Shown: positions 20,057 through 30,123 of the stretch, in pieces | Numbering within the stretch: position 1 is the stretch's first letter | Layout: each line of letters opens with the position of its first letter | From: an uncultured Gammaproteobacteria bacterium | GTDB taxonomy: Bacteria > Patescibacteriota > Microgenomatia > Daviesbacterales > UBA10151 | Reading direction: 5' to 3' | Assembly (NCBI GenBank): GCA_964446685.1 | Contig: CAYUPO010000007.1 | Coordinates: 233-64,232 of the forward strand | DNA: 64,000 nucleotides | The notes under the pieces: generated by a model | Databases searched by the model: none | Told to the model about the DNA's origin: nothing | What the model saw: the letters and a program-made list of their open reading frames with translations, nothing else | Program-made: the position numbers and the translations under genes

Positions 20057-21328
20057 TTATTCAGGAATTTTTTTTAAAAAGTATAGATAAATATAAAAAA
20101 TACAGGCAGAAGCAAAGACTGTTTGTAAAATACTTCGAAAATAAACTTCATCAAGATTGACACCTAACCCCTGCCATGTTCCGGGAAGGGTATATAAATA
20201 AGGCACCAGCGGCGCAAATATTTTAACAGTCAAAGAAGGATCAAACAAAAATACCATTCCGATATAACTTAATGCTAAAAACACATGAGGTAAAAAAGTC
20301 TTTCCTTTATAAGAAACATATTCAATCACTAAAAACGGTGATAGCCAAGTTAACCATTGTGGGTGAAAATGAGTAAAAGTAAAAAATCCAAGTAAAATAA
20401 CAAACCACCGCTGCCATACTTTTTCGACTGATTTTTCCTGATACCAGAAATAAAAATACAAAATCAAAAGAAGCAGCGGAAACAGCAACAAACTTTCCCC
20501 ACCAGAAACAGGAATCTGAGCATACAATGTTTTTTGAGTTAGACCAGTCATTAAAGCATAAGATTTAAATCCGTGCGAGGATAAAAAGGGAATAATTGAC
20601 ATAATATAAGGTAATACAGAAAGAAAACCTAAAACGACCCGCTCTTTGAAATTTTTAGCTATCAAAATAAATGGAATAACCAAAAACAAAGGATACAGTT
20701 TAAAAGCTGCAGCAATCCCCAAAAGCAAAGCTGCAAAATATAGTTTTTTATGTCTGATACACCAGAGTGACCAAATGGTAAAGACAGCCGGAATAATATC
20801 AAACTGTCCCATCATGTAGGTCGAAAATAAAATTACCGGATTAAACAGCCACAACAGATAAACCAGCAATTTATCTTTTTTACTTTCAAAAAAACTGGCT
20901 AAAGCAAAGACTGCTGGAACATCAAAAAAGAAGTATGGCACCTTTAATAGCAATAAATGCAAATTAAATAACCAGTTACCAAAAAAAGATGCCTGTTCAA
21001 TAACAAATCCATTCATCAGCTCCCTGCCAAATAACATAGAAAAAAGAAAATTAAACACTCCGTGAAGCAGATATATTAGTGGTGGATAAATAAACAGATC
21101 AGCCCCAAAAGTTTTAACTAAAGGGTTATCAACACTACAGCTTGCCAGAAAGTCATACAAATTAAGAATATTTCCTGAACTCACTAAGTCACCCGCAAGG
21201 TTAAACGCTCTGATATCCGGATGAAAAGTTGATGATGCCAAAAAGACACGCAGCAGCACTGCAGGTACCAGCAGCCACCATAATTTGATATTAGATATTA
21301 AATATTTGATATTGGATATTTTATTCAT
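20057..21328 (-). CDS. GT-C membrane glycosyltransferase (GT87/PIG-M-like)
   Basis: FHPDI, IYPPL, LKVPYFFFD, LFNPV...MMGQFDIIP, AFKLYP, HPQWLTW. Confidence 0.7.
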   Translation of the reverse strand: MNKISNIKYLISNIKLWWLLVPAVLLRVFLASSTFHPDIRAFNLAGDLVSSGNILNLYDFLASCSVDNPLVKTFGADLFIYPPLIYLLHGVFNFLFSMLFGRELMNGFVIEQASFFGNWLFNLHLLLLKVPYFFFDVPAVFALASFFESKKDKLLVYLLWLFNPVILFSTYMMGQFDIIPAVFTIWSLWCIRHKKLYFAALLLGIAAAFKLYPLFLVIPFILIAKNFKERVVLGFLSVLPYIMSIIPFLSSHGFKSYALMTGLTQKTLYAQIPVSGGESLLLFPLLLLILYFYFWYQEKSVEKVWQRWFVILLGFFTFTHFHPQWLTWLSPFLVIEYVSYKGKTFLPHVFLALSYIGMVFLFDPSLTVKIFAPLVPYLYTLPGTWQGLGVNLDEVYFRSILQTVFASACIFYIYLYFLKKIPE

Positions 21329-22406
21329 GCAATAAAGCTAAAATATTTTCGCGAAACTTCTCTTCACTAAAAAACTGCGCTCTTTCTACTGCTCCCTCAG
21401 CCAGTTTTGCTCTTTTATTATGGTCATCAATCAAAAGAGCAGTCATCTCCTTTAATTGTGCCTCAGTCTCCCAAAATAATCCACTCTTGCCTTCTTCCAC
21501 AATCTCTGTTTGTCCGCCTTTTTTAACTACCACAGGCACAGCGCCTGATGCCATAGCTTCAACTGTAGTAATTCCAAAATGTTCCATTTTAGTCGGATCA
21601 CTCTCACCAAAACCCATTGCATGCCAGTAAATATCAGACTGTCCGTATAAGAATCCCAAATCTTGAAAAGGAATATTTGGATGAAATACGATCGGATAGC
21701 CGGCTGTTTTGCTTTTTAACTCTTCCACATAAGCGACATCTCCATCCCCCATTGATCCGGCTAAATGAAACTGCCAATTTTTCACTAAACCTTCATCACA
21801 CATCTTTATAAAAGTATCTATCATTAGCTGATGTTTTTTTTCTCTCAAAAACCCAAAAAACCTTCCCACTGTCAGAATAATCTGCTTTTTCTTTAGTGGT
21901 TTTAAATGATTGGTGGAAACAGGCGGATAGATCACTTTTGAAGGCAGTGGCCAGTATTTTTTTGAATGATCTTTAGTAAACTGCGAGTTATAAACCACTT
22001 CATTCCAGCTTTTTACTTTTAAATTACCCCACATACTGTCTGTTGGATGAACTTCAAGCGGAGTCTGAATATGCAAAATATTTCTTTTACTTGAAGCAAA
22101 AAAGATACTGCCGTCAGTAACAGCAAACAGCATCTTATACCGTTTAAGAAATAGATATCTGTCCATTGCCTTACTTCCCTGACCAATCGGAGCATGAATA
22201 AAATTTACGGCTGACAAATCAACACCCAATCTTCCGGCTATCTCTTTTTTATAATCTTCCGGATTTAAATTATGCAAATGAGTCGGAAGCAGCAGATCCA
22301 CTTGATGCGACTTAGCAAAAATAGAGGCAACAGTCAGAATATATCTTTCTCCACCACCTTTAGTTTCTAAGTAAGGGCTAAATACAGCAATCTTCATGAA
22401 ATTCAT
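21321..22406 (-). CDS. GT4 family glycosyltransferase (ALG11-like)
   Basis: SPYLETKGGGERY, NSQFT, IYPPV, EHFGITTVEAMASG. Confidence 0.88.
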   Translation of the reverse strand: MNFMKIAVFSPYLETKGGGERYILTVASIFAKSHQVDLLLPTHLHNLNPEDYKKEIAGRLGVDLSAVNFIHAPIGQGSKAMDRYLFLKRYKMLFAVTDGSIFFASSKRNILHIQTPLEVHPTDSMWGNLKVKSWNEVVYNSQFTKDHSKKYWPLPSKVIYPPVSTNHLKPLKKKQIILTVGRFFGFLREKKHQLMIDTFIKMCDEGLVKNWQFHLAGSMGDGDVAYVEELKSKTAGYPIVFHPNIPFQDLGFLYGQSDIYWHAMGFGESDPTKMEHFGITTVEAMASGAVPVVVKKGGQTEIVEEGKSGLFWETEAQLKEMTALLIDDHNKRAKLAEGAVERAQFFSEEKFRENILALLHE

Positions 22407-22410
22407 AAAA

Positions 22411-22524
22411 GAATTTCTAATTTCTAATTTCTAATTACTAGACAAATCCTAATTAAATCACTACGTTTTAGTCATTATAATTTTGGGAATTATTTAGAAA
22501 TTAGAAATTAGCGTACTTAGAAAT
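22411..22524. repeat. Inverted heptamer array (aatttct / agaaatt)
   Basis: aatttctaatttctaatttctaattact ... tagaaattagaaattag...cttagaaatt. Confidence 0.8.
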
Positions 22525-23330
22525 TAGTCTAACTTAAATCCTTTCTCAATAAATTTTTTATCCAAATCATCATATATCTGATCCAACGGTTTCTTCTGCT
22601 GCATCTCCCAAAGTCTGACATAACTGGTCAAAAGGAAAAAGCTCTGCATAAGGGAATCAATCACTCCAACACTGCCGTTAAAAAAACCTTTTCTAACAAC
22701 TCCCTGATACCATGTTTCAGTAATAAATATCCGCAAAAATCTCCATCCGCTCATTTGTGGATGATGTGCATCAAATCGCAGTTTAGCATCTATTTTGCTC
22801 CATTCCAGGTTTTTTAAAATCACCTGTTCGACATTTCGATGAGTTAAGTGAATAAAAGAAGCTTTGGTATAACCAAGCTCACCATCAAACTGAGGATACT
22901 CATGCACTTTACCAACCCATTTCTTAAAATGAGGTTTATGAATTAGTCTGATCACCCAGTCTGGATAGAAAGGACCATAGGATTTTTTTTCTCCCCAGAT
23001 CACATTTTGACGGGAAATTGCATACGCTGAGTATTTTGAATCTTCAAAAATAGAAAAAAGTTCATCTTTTAACTCAGCAGTCACTCTTTCATCAGCATCA
23101 ACATATAATAACCAGTCTCCGGCAGCTTTTTCTGCTCCTAAATTTCTCCTCACAGAAAAATCGTCATTCTCACTCTGATAAATTTTTGCCTGATATTGTT
23201 TAGCTATCTCCAATGTCTTATCACTGGAAAATTGATCGATAATCAAAATTTCATCAGCCCATTTAACAGACTCTAAACAGGTCTTTATTCGACTTTCTTC
23301 ATTTTTGGTAATAATGATGACTGACAACAT
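22524..23330 (-). CDS. GT2 glycosyltransferase (KdtX/WaaE-like)
   Basis: IIITKNEE, DQFSSDKT, WLLYVDADER, YPDWVIRL, VHE; ATG 23330 preferred as start. Confidence 0.85.
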   Translation of the reverse strand: MLSVIIITKNEESRIKTCLESVKWADEILIIDQFSSDKTLEIAKQYQAKIYQSENDDFSVRRNLGAEKAAGDWLLYVDADERVTAELKDELFSIFEDSKYSAYAISRQNVIWGEKKSYGPFYPDWVIRLIHKPHFKKWVGKVHEYPQFDGELGYTKASFIHLTHRNVEQVILKNLEWSKIDAKLRFDAHHPQMSGWRFLRIFITETWYQGVVRKGFFNGSVGVIDSLMQSFFLLTSYVRLWEMQQKKPLDQIYDDLDKKFIEKGFKLD

Positions 23331-23391
23331 AGTTAAATCATACCTTTCTTCCAAACCAAACTCCAGCAGAAAATAATTCCCTAAAAAATCG

Positions 23392-25761
23392 TTAAAAACG
23401 TTTCTTAAAGACTACATAACCAAGCATTCCAAAAAACAGTGCAAGTCCAACAATTGTTAGTTTTAGACCATAATCAAAAGCAGCCGGATAGTAAAATAAC
23501 TCATATTTGTGTTCACCTTTCTCTATTTTAACTCCCTGAAGCGCTGAATTGACCTGATATATTTTTTGCTTAACCCCGTCAACTTTCAATTTCCATCCTT
23601 CATCAAAACTATTTGCCACAACTATAAATGAATCCTGATCTGATTGAGCTACAAAATCTGTCTTTTGCGGTGAAACTACCAGATTTTTAATTTCTACAGC
23701 TGACGGACTGGCTGGTAAGTCATCTGAGGTCAGTACAAGACCTTTTTTTCTTGGATCAAAAGATTTTTGATCCATTTGTTCCCCCAGCTCACGCACAGAA
23801 GTGACATTTGCCAGTGAATCCAATCTATAAACCCGACCTAAAGCATGTGGATTTTCTAAAACCGCCACAGTTTTGTATTCATATATTTTTTGATAATCAG
23901 TATCCTTTAACCGGTAATTTAACAACTCTCCCGGGATAACACCTTTTTCATCCCGTTTAACAGCAATCAGATACTTAACATTTAAAGCATCCAAAAAATT
24001 TGAAGGATAATAATTAAGTTCCATAAACCTATCAATTCCTGAGTTAAATCCGCGGTCATTTACTTTATTAAAATACCTGCCATAACTTTCCAGAGCCAAT
24101 GGATCATATCCTTCAATTGATTCCAGTCCATAGGCAGTCCAGGTATTAGGAGGAAAAGCTTCCAGATCAGTCCGGGCTATTCTAAAAGGTTGTTGCTGCT
24201 GCTGTAAAAAATCTGTTACATCTGTTTTGGGAAACAGTAAATGACTCGGAACAAAAGGGTTGTGTTTCAAAAAGTAGCGGGATAAATCAAAAAACATCAA
24301 CCCAATCAGCAGATAAATAACAACTTTGTTTTTAAATTTAGTTAATATAAATAGAGTTACTAAAAGTCCGACAGGTAAAACCAAATTTTTGATAGATACC
24401 ATCAGATTTTTAAGTAACAAAATCACTTCTGTATCATCCTTATATCCATTAGTCATAAATTTAATCGTTATAATTCCTACAATAATGCCTGTAATAACGG
24501 CTAAAATGACTCCGGCAAATCGTCCTATATAGTAGCGAAACTGTTCTTCTTTCAGTTTATGTAAACCAAACCCGCTCAGTACACCGGCAGACAAACTGGT
24601 GATAAAAAATATCCGACTAGCCGAAGAATAGGTTAAAAGAGGTAAAGGCTGCGAATAAATAAACCTGGTAGCAAAAGTTTCAATAGCCAGAAAAATAGAC
24701 AAACCAAACACAACCAACCAAAAAGCAATCAGCTTAGTTCTAAATCTTCTAAACAAAAAAGGCAAAAGCAGAGGCAGTGTTAGGCTTCCCAGAAAACTAG
24801 ATTGTTCATGATAATAAATCGTATCCCAATGATTATTAGTTGTCGGATTTCCAAAAAAATCAGCCGCAAAAAATCTGACTATTTCATATGGTTTATTCAG
24901 ACCATAATTTATAGTTTTAGAATATTCCTCAACTCCTCTGACTGAATTCTGTAAATGAGTATATGTTGGAATAAACTGAATCGAACAGATCAAAACAGCA
25001 CTCACCCAAAAAAACAAAATAAATAAAAGCTTTTTTTTGCTAAATTCTTTTTCAATAAAAAATTTAAACGCTAAATATCCAAAAAAAAGTATCGTTGAAT
25101 AAATAGTCATTTGGGCAAATCCGCTTAAATATAATGTGGCAAAAGCGAGTGTCAAAATAAATAAATGCCTCATTTTGCCATTTTGCAAAAACTGTTCAAT
25201 TGAGGCTAATATAAATGGGATCATCGCCACTGCATAAACCCCTGTCATAAACTCAACCCAAGTAGTCATCAGTCCGGAAAAACTAAAAATAATAGCCCCA
25301 CCAACTGCCGCATAATTTTCCAGTTTGTAAGTCTTTAATAAATAAAACATTCCTAAAAGTGCCATTAGAGTCTGGCCAAAAATATAAAGACTCCAACCCA
25401 GTGAAACCGGCAACAAAAGCAACAGATTAAATGGAAGTAACTGAGCCGTCTGATAAGTTGCCAAAAGCGGTGATCCGGCAAAAGACAGATGATTCCAAAG
25501 CGGCCATTCCCCTTTCAGTAATAAATCCAATCCGACATATTTCCAGACTATAAATTGGGAAAAAGCATCAGAAATTAAAGCGTTTTTCACTGGAACGCCC
25601 ACCACATATCCCCATTTATAGTCAAGCCAGGGAAAATAAGCTCCGGTTAATACATCTCCCGGAAATGGCACTTTTCCCTGCAGAAAAAAAGGGTAGTATG
25701 CAGTCATTGCCAGTAAAACTAGTATTACTACCGGGTTAAATATAGATTTTAGGATTTTCAT
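23392..25761 (-). CDS. YfhO-family GT-C membrane protein
   Basis: SDAFSQF, GEWPLWNHLSFAGSPLLA, GYDPL, LDALNVKYL, C-terminal FDEGWK..VN..LQGV and final TM helix. Confidence 0.8.
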   Translation of the reverse strand: MKILKSIFNPVVILVLLAMTAYYPFFLQGKVPFPGDVLTGAYFPWLDYKWGYVVGVPVKNALISDAFSQFIVWKYVGLDLLLKGEWPLWNHLSFAGSPLLATYQTAQLLPFNLLLLLPVSLGWSLYIFGQTLMALLGMFYLLKTYKLENYAAVGGAIIFSFSGLMTTWVEFMTGVYAVAMIPFILASIEQFLQNGKMRHLFILTLAFATLYLSGFAQMTIYSTILFFGYLAFKFFIEKEFSKKKLLFILFFWVSAVLICSIQFIPTYTHLQNSVRGVEEYSKTINYGLNKPYEIVRFFAADFFGNPTTNNHWDTIYYHEQSSFLGSLTLPLLLPFLFRRFRTKLIAFWLVVFGLSIFLAIETFATRFIYSQPLPLLTYSSASRIFFITSLSAGVLSGFGLHKLKEEQFRYYIGRFAGVILAVITGIIVGIITIKFMTNGYKDDTEVILLLKNLMVSIKNLVLPVGLLVTLFILTKFKNKVVIYLLIGLMFFDLSRYFLKHNPFVPSHLLFPKTDVTDFLQQQQQPFRIARTDLEAFPPNTWTAYGLESIEGYDPLALESYGRYFNKVNDRGFNSGIDRFMELNYYPSNFLDALNVKYLIAVKRDEKGVIPGELLNYRLKDTDYQKIYEYKTVAVLENPHALGRVYRLDSLANVTSVRELGEQMDQKSFDPRKKGLVLTSDDLPASPSAVEIKNLVVSPQKTDFVAQSDQDSFIVVANSFDEGWKLKVDGVKQKIYQVNSALQGVKIEKGEHKYELFYYPAAFDYGLKLTIVGLALFFGMLGYVVFKKRF

Positions 25762-25865
25762 AAACAATAATAACCAAATTTGATATATCTCAAAATACTT
25801 ATTAAAAATTAACTAATTTCATTTATTGATAATTTTTGAGTCTCAAATCATCACATGTTATACCC

Positions 25866-25968
25866 CGTCATTCCCCTGAAAAGGGGAATCTATACAAATA
25901 ACGTTGGAAACACATTTTCGACTTGTAGATGGTTATTAATATAGTTCCCCGCTTTCGCGGGGATGACG
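25866..25968. repeat. REP-like palindromic element (gtcattccc...gggatgac type)
   Basis: cgtcattcccctgaaaaggggaat ... ttccccgctttcgcggggatgacg; terminal inverted repeats plus internal hairpins. Confidence 0.8.
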
Positions 25969-25983
25969 ACTCGTTTTTTTCAG

Positions 25984-26889
25984 TCAACTGGACAGCTTGT
26001 TTTTTATCTTTTGCAAAGTCCGCTTTATTGGATTTTTAGAAAGATTGGAATATTTAAACCAATATGTCAGCTCTTCTCCCTGCTCTTTCATTACATTTAC
26101 AACCTCTTCATATCCCAGCTGCTTTTTTTCAAACTGAGAAGCTTCCCAGACTTTTAACATCATCACTAAATGAGAAAAAGCCTGCAGAAAAGACAGAGCC
26201 AGACCGTGCAATCCATCTTCAAACCCACGATGGGCAAAATAACGGCTCATAAATTCACTGACTGGTTTCTTGATGACATCTTTCCAGTCAAACTGATAAC
26301 CATCATTTCTCATCTCCCGGGCTTGGACATCAGTATATCTATTCATCCTGGCAATAAACTGACCCACCGTTGTGTAATGATGATGATTTATCGCCCATCT
26401 TTCCTCAGCAGATAGTGTTAGACCCTGACCAGTCGTTTTTGGCTTACTATGAATTTTATTACTCCAACTGACATAATCTTTTTTGAAAAATCGAATATTA
26501 TAATCTGGCCACCATCCGGCAGCTTTCATCCATTTACCAAAAATCAGGTTTTTTCTGGGAACTTCAACATGTGTTACTACCCCATTCTTTTTGATAATAT
26601 CTTTAAATCTTTCTTCCAAAGTGTCCGGAATCTCTTCATCAGCATCCACCACTAGGATCCATTCATGACTTGCCTTGGAAATGGCAAAATTTCTGGCAGG
26701 CTCGACAAAACCGGTTTTTTTATGAAAAAAGACTATCGCACCAAGTTTTTTAGCAATCAGAGCGGTATCATCTTCTGAATGCATATCACAGACTAATATT
26801 TCATCTGCCCATAAAACACTTTTTATCGCCCTTTCAATATGCGAGGCTTCATTATAGGTATTAATAACAACCGAAATTTTTCCAGTCAT
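25984..26889 (-). CDS. GT2 glycosyltransferase (KdtX/WaaE-like)
   Basis: VINTYNE, DMHSEDDT, EPARNFA, WILVVDADE, WPDYNIRFF. Confidence 0.85.
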   Translation of the reverse strand: MTGKISVVINTYNEASHIERAIKSVLWADEILVCDMHSEDDTALIAKKLGAIVFFHKKTGFVEPARNFAISKASHEWILVVDADEEIPDTLEERFKDIIKKNGVVTHVEVPRKNLIFGKWMKAAGWWPDYNIRFFKKDYVSWSNKIHSKPKTTGQGLTLSAEERWAINHHHYTTVGQFIARMNRYTDVQAREMRNDGYQFDWKDVIKKPVSEFMSRYFAHRGFEDGLHGLALSFLQAFSHLVMMLKVWEASQFEKKQLGYEEVVNVMKEQGEELTYWFKYSNLSKNPIKRTLQKIKNKLSS

Positions 26890-27069
26890 AAACTAACTAT
26901 ACACAAAGACTGGCCAATGAATCTACCACAAACTTTACGCTTGTGCTATCTTCTTCTAGCCTTACAAGTCTGACTATCGCCAGATAGTTTTCATCTCCAT
27001 GATTACACATATGAGGGTATTACATTTGAAGAATAGAAAATAGTGTTTAAACTTAGTAAGATACTTAAG

Positions 27070-28716
27070 ATGAGTCACTTAACCCAGAAAAAAGCTTTGT
27101 TCATTATTGCTCTGATCATTATTTTACTAAGCGGTTTAATCCGCGTAGGACAAGTCATCAACTACAACTTCCCATTTACCACTGACCAGGCCAGGGATAT
27201 GTTGGATTTAAGAAATATCGTTGTTGGTATCAACCCAACACTTGTCGGTCCAACTACCTCTATTAATGGTGTATTTTTAGGCCCAGGGTATTATTATTTT
27301 AATGTAATTCCATTCTTCTTAGGACAAGGGGACCCTTCTTACCTTGTTTACTGGAATATTTTATTTTATCTAATTGCGGCACTGGTAATACTTATAGCGC
27401 ATTATAAAAAAGAAGTTTCTTTTGGCTTTTTCGGATCAATAATTTTTATAATGGCACCTGGTTTTTTTCAACCTACCCGTTATTTCTGGAATGCCAACTC
27501 AATGCCATATTTTTCATTATTTTATTTTATCTCATTAGCTTTTTTTCTTTTACAGCCAAGTGCTAAGAAAGCCTTTTTAGTTGGTCTTTTAGCGGGAGTC
27601 GGTATGCAGTTTGAAGCAGCATTTGGAGTATTATTTTTACCATTTGCGCTGCTCTCTACCGCTATTAAAAAAGCTGGTTGGCGCAACGCGGGTATTCAGT
27701 TATTAAGTTTTGGAATTACACTGATACCGCAAATTTTATTTGATCTAAAGAACAATTTTGCGATGTCAAAATTATTCATTGCCGAACTTTCCGGACATGG
27801 TACAGTTTTAGGAGAAAAACTGACATTTGTTGAGTCAGTAGTCAGTCATTTTAATAGTTTTATTTTATTTTCCCATGGAAACCTAGCTCTGCCTTTTAAT
27901 TTAGGATCTGTAATATTAATCGGATCACTCTTTTTCTTAGGATTAAAACTTTATCAAAAGAAATTAGACCCTGTTTTAAAAATCTATACTTTAATGAGCG
28001 CAGGGTTTTTACTTTTTGCTTTCATAGTTTATCTGATCTATCTACATGACTTAAAAGATTGGTATATTTATAGTCTTCGCTTACCCTACCTTTTCATACT
28101 AACAGCTTTTTTCTCATCTGTTTACCAGCACACACTGGATTATGATAGAACTTTTTTGAGTATTAATTTTAAGAAACTAAAACATCTACCGCAAACAACA
28201 GTAATTGTAGTGATATTAATTTCGGTTTTTTTCTCTTATCTTGACCAAAAACAGTTTATTCATACTGATGTCTCTTTTCGTTCAGATGATAAAAGTAATT
28301 TAAAAAATACAATCGAAGCTGTCGACTGGGTATACACCCATCTTGAAGGAAAAGGGTTTAAAGCCTACAACTATATTCCTTCGGTATATGACTTCCCCTA
28401 TCAATATGTTTACTGGTGGCATGGCACGAAAAAATACGGTTATCAACCTGAAACAATTAGCTACAAAGAAGGAGTACCCGAATATATTCCTCTTAATACA
28501 ACTTTTCTAACTAAAACCAAGCCGCAGGAAGACAATTTAATCGCCATGATCTATGAAGATGATGGTATGACAGACCGGATATTTGCCTGGGGCGGTGACT
28601 TTACCAAATACTGCAGGGTAACTGATATTAAATATCGTTGGGGAACAACAGCCGAGATCAGAAGGCTCTGTCAACCAGGAGAAGATTCACCCAGACTCGA
28701 ACCTGCCAGAAAATAA
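27070..28716 (+). CDS. GT-C membrane glycosyltransferase (ArnT-like, DQARD subtype)
   Basis: FTTDQARD...PTLVGPTTS..GVFLGPGYYY, WNANSMP; related to 42169-43677. ATG 27070 preferred over GTG 27043. Confidence 0.8.
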   Translation: MSHLTQKKALFIIALIIILLSGLIRVGQVINYNFPFTTDQARDMLDLRNIVVGINPTLVGPTTSINGVFLGPGYYYFNVIPFFLGQGDPSYLVYWNILFYLIAALVILIAHYKKEVSFGFFGSIIFIMAPGFFQPTRYFWNANSMPYFSLFYFISLAFFLLQPSAKKAFLVGLLAGVGMQFEAAFGVLFLPFALLSTAIKKAGWRNAGIQLLSFGITLIPQILFDLKNNFAMSKLFIAELSGHGTVLGEKLTFVESVVSHFNSFILFSHGNLALPFNLGSVILIGSLFFLGLKLYQKKLDPVLKIYTLMSAGFLLFAFIVYLIYLHDLKDWYIYSLRLPYLFILTAFFSSVYQHTLDYDRTFLSINFKKLKHLPQTTVIVVILISVFFSYLDQKQFIHTDVSFRSDDKSNLKNTIEAVDWVYTHLEGKGFKAYNYIPSVYDFPYQYVYWWHGTKKYGYQPETISYKEGVPEYIPLNTTFLTKTKPQEDNLIAMIYEDDGMTDRIFAWGGDFTKYCRVTDIKYRWGTTAEIRRLCQPGEDSPRLEPARK

Positions 28717-28749
28717 AAACCCACCAGCAATATTCAAACTGACCAATAA

Positions 28750-30123
28750 TTATTTACTAATTTTTAGGTACTTCTTAATATCTGCCACAAAAGTAGAACC
28801 GGTAATTTTTAAAAATATCAAAAAAGTATAAACATTTATACCGGATAAAATTCTGGTAACAGTATGATCATTCCAGATTAACAATTGCCTTAAATAATCC
28901 CATGTCCGGGGGAACCACCAGCCATGATACAAATTCAACCAAAAAACACTACTCATGATCAGCCAGTATTTCAAATACCCCGGGTAATAAATCAAACACA
29001 TCAGGGAAAAAACAATACCGGCAAAGAAATATCTTTCCAACATATTAGTCATAAACAACCAGCTACCAAGTCCAACAATAGCAAAGGCAGTTAAAACATT
29101 TTTCTGATTAATTTTGACCGAAAATTTAAATGCCAGGAAGTTGACTACCAGATAAGATAACCATCCCCAAATATAAGCTGGAACAAGCAAAAAGGTCTCA
29201 AAATGCTCTTTTGGATGATCACCTATTAATATATGCCAGAAATTAAAGGAATTGGTTGAAACTCTAAACCCTGCCTTAAAGAAAACCTTATTTTTCAGAT
29301 CATAATATATAAAGTGAAGCAGATTATCATTTGTAAACAAAGCTACTGTAATTAACCCTCCAATGACTGCCAGTATAATCCCTCCGATATATTCCAAGTA
29401 ATGTTTTTTTAATCTGAAATAAAGCCATAAAAAAAGTGGGATAAAGATAATTGAAGTAGGTTTTAAACTAATAGAGATCATCAGTAAAAACGGCGCAATA
29501 AAGACATTCTTTCTTATAAGCGCCCAAACTGATACAAGCAAAAACAAAAAGCTTAACTGATCATATTGTCCCCATAAAGCCGAAATATAAAAACTAAAAG
29601 GAGAAAAAAGATATAACCCACTTATCAGCAGAGCTTTTTTTAAATCTTCTTTTATCAGCATCAAAAATATTACCAGACCAATCAATAAATCCCCGACAAT
29701 TGCGATGAATTTGATTGACAGGAAAAAACCCAGCTTCAGATATGATTCAGTATACTGAGCATCGGTGTACCATCTGACAAAATCAAAATACCAAAGCATA
29801 TAAGTTGGAGCCAAATGCGGAACCACATAATGAGCAATATTTCTAAACAACTCCAATGAATTTAAATAGAGCCAAAAACTGGCAGCATAAACTAAATTTA
29901 CTAACGGAGGCTGTGTCGGCCAGGCATATACCCAGGTGGAATTTGAATAAAATTGTTTGGTGCCATTATTATAAATCCACTCTCCCCAATAGGCCTGTGA
30001 CAGGATATCTATATGGTAAAAAAGAGGCGATAAAACAAGTCGTAAAATAAATGCCAGTAATAACATCAGCAGCAGATGAAAATAATTATTTTTAAGTAGT
30101 TTTAGAGAAAATAATTTAATCAT
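28750..30123 (-). CDS. GT-C membrane glycosyltransferase (GT87/ALG6-like)
   Basis: HIDILSQAYWG, PTQPPL, SALWGQYDQ, LKP, TNMLERY; paralog of 18744-20042. Confidence 0.7.
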   Translation of the reverse strand: MIKLFSLKLLKNNYFHLLLMLLLAFILRLVLSPLFYHIDILSQAYWGEWIYNNGTKQFYSNSTWVYAWPTQPPLVNLVYAASFWLYLNSLELFRNIAHYVVPHLAPTYMLWYFDFVRWYTDAQYTESYLKLGFFLSIKFIAIVGDLLIGLVIFLMLIKEDLKKALLISGLYLFSPFSFYISALWGQYDQLSFLFLLVSVWALIRKNVFIAPFLLMISISLKPTSIIFIPLFLWLYFRLKKHYLEYIGGIILAVIGGLITVALFTNDNLLHFIYYDLKNKVFFKAGFRVSTNSFNFWHILIGDHPKEHFETFLLVPAYIWGWLSYLVVNFLAFKFSVKINQKNVLTAFAIVGLGSWLFMTNMLERYFFAGIVFSLMCLIYYPGYLKYWLIMSSVFWLNLYHGWWFPRTWDYLRQLLIWNDHTVTRILSGINVYTFLIFLKITGSTFVADIKKYLKISK

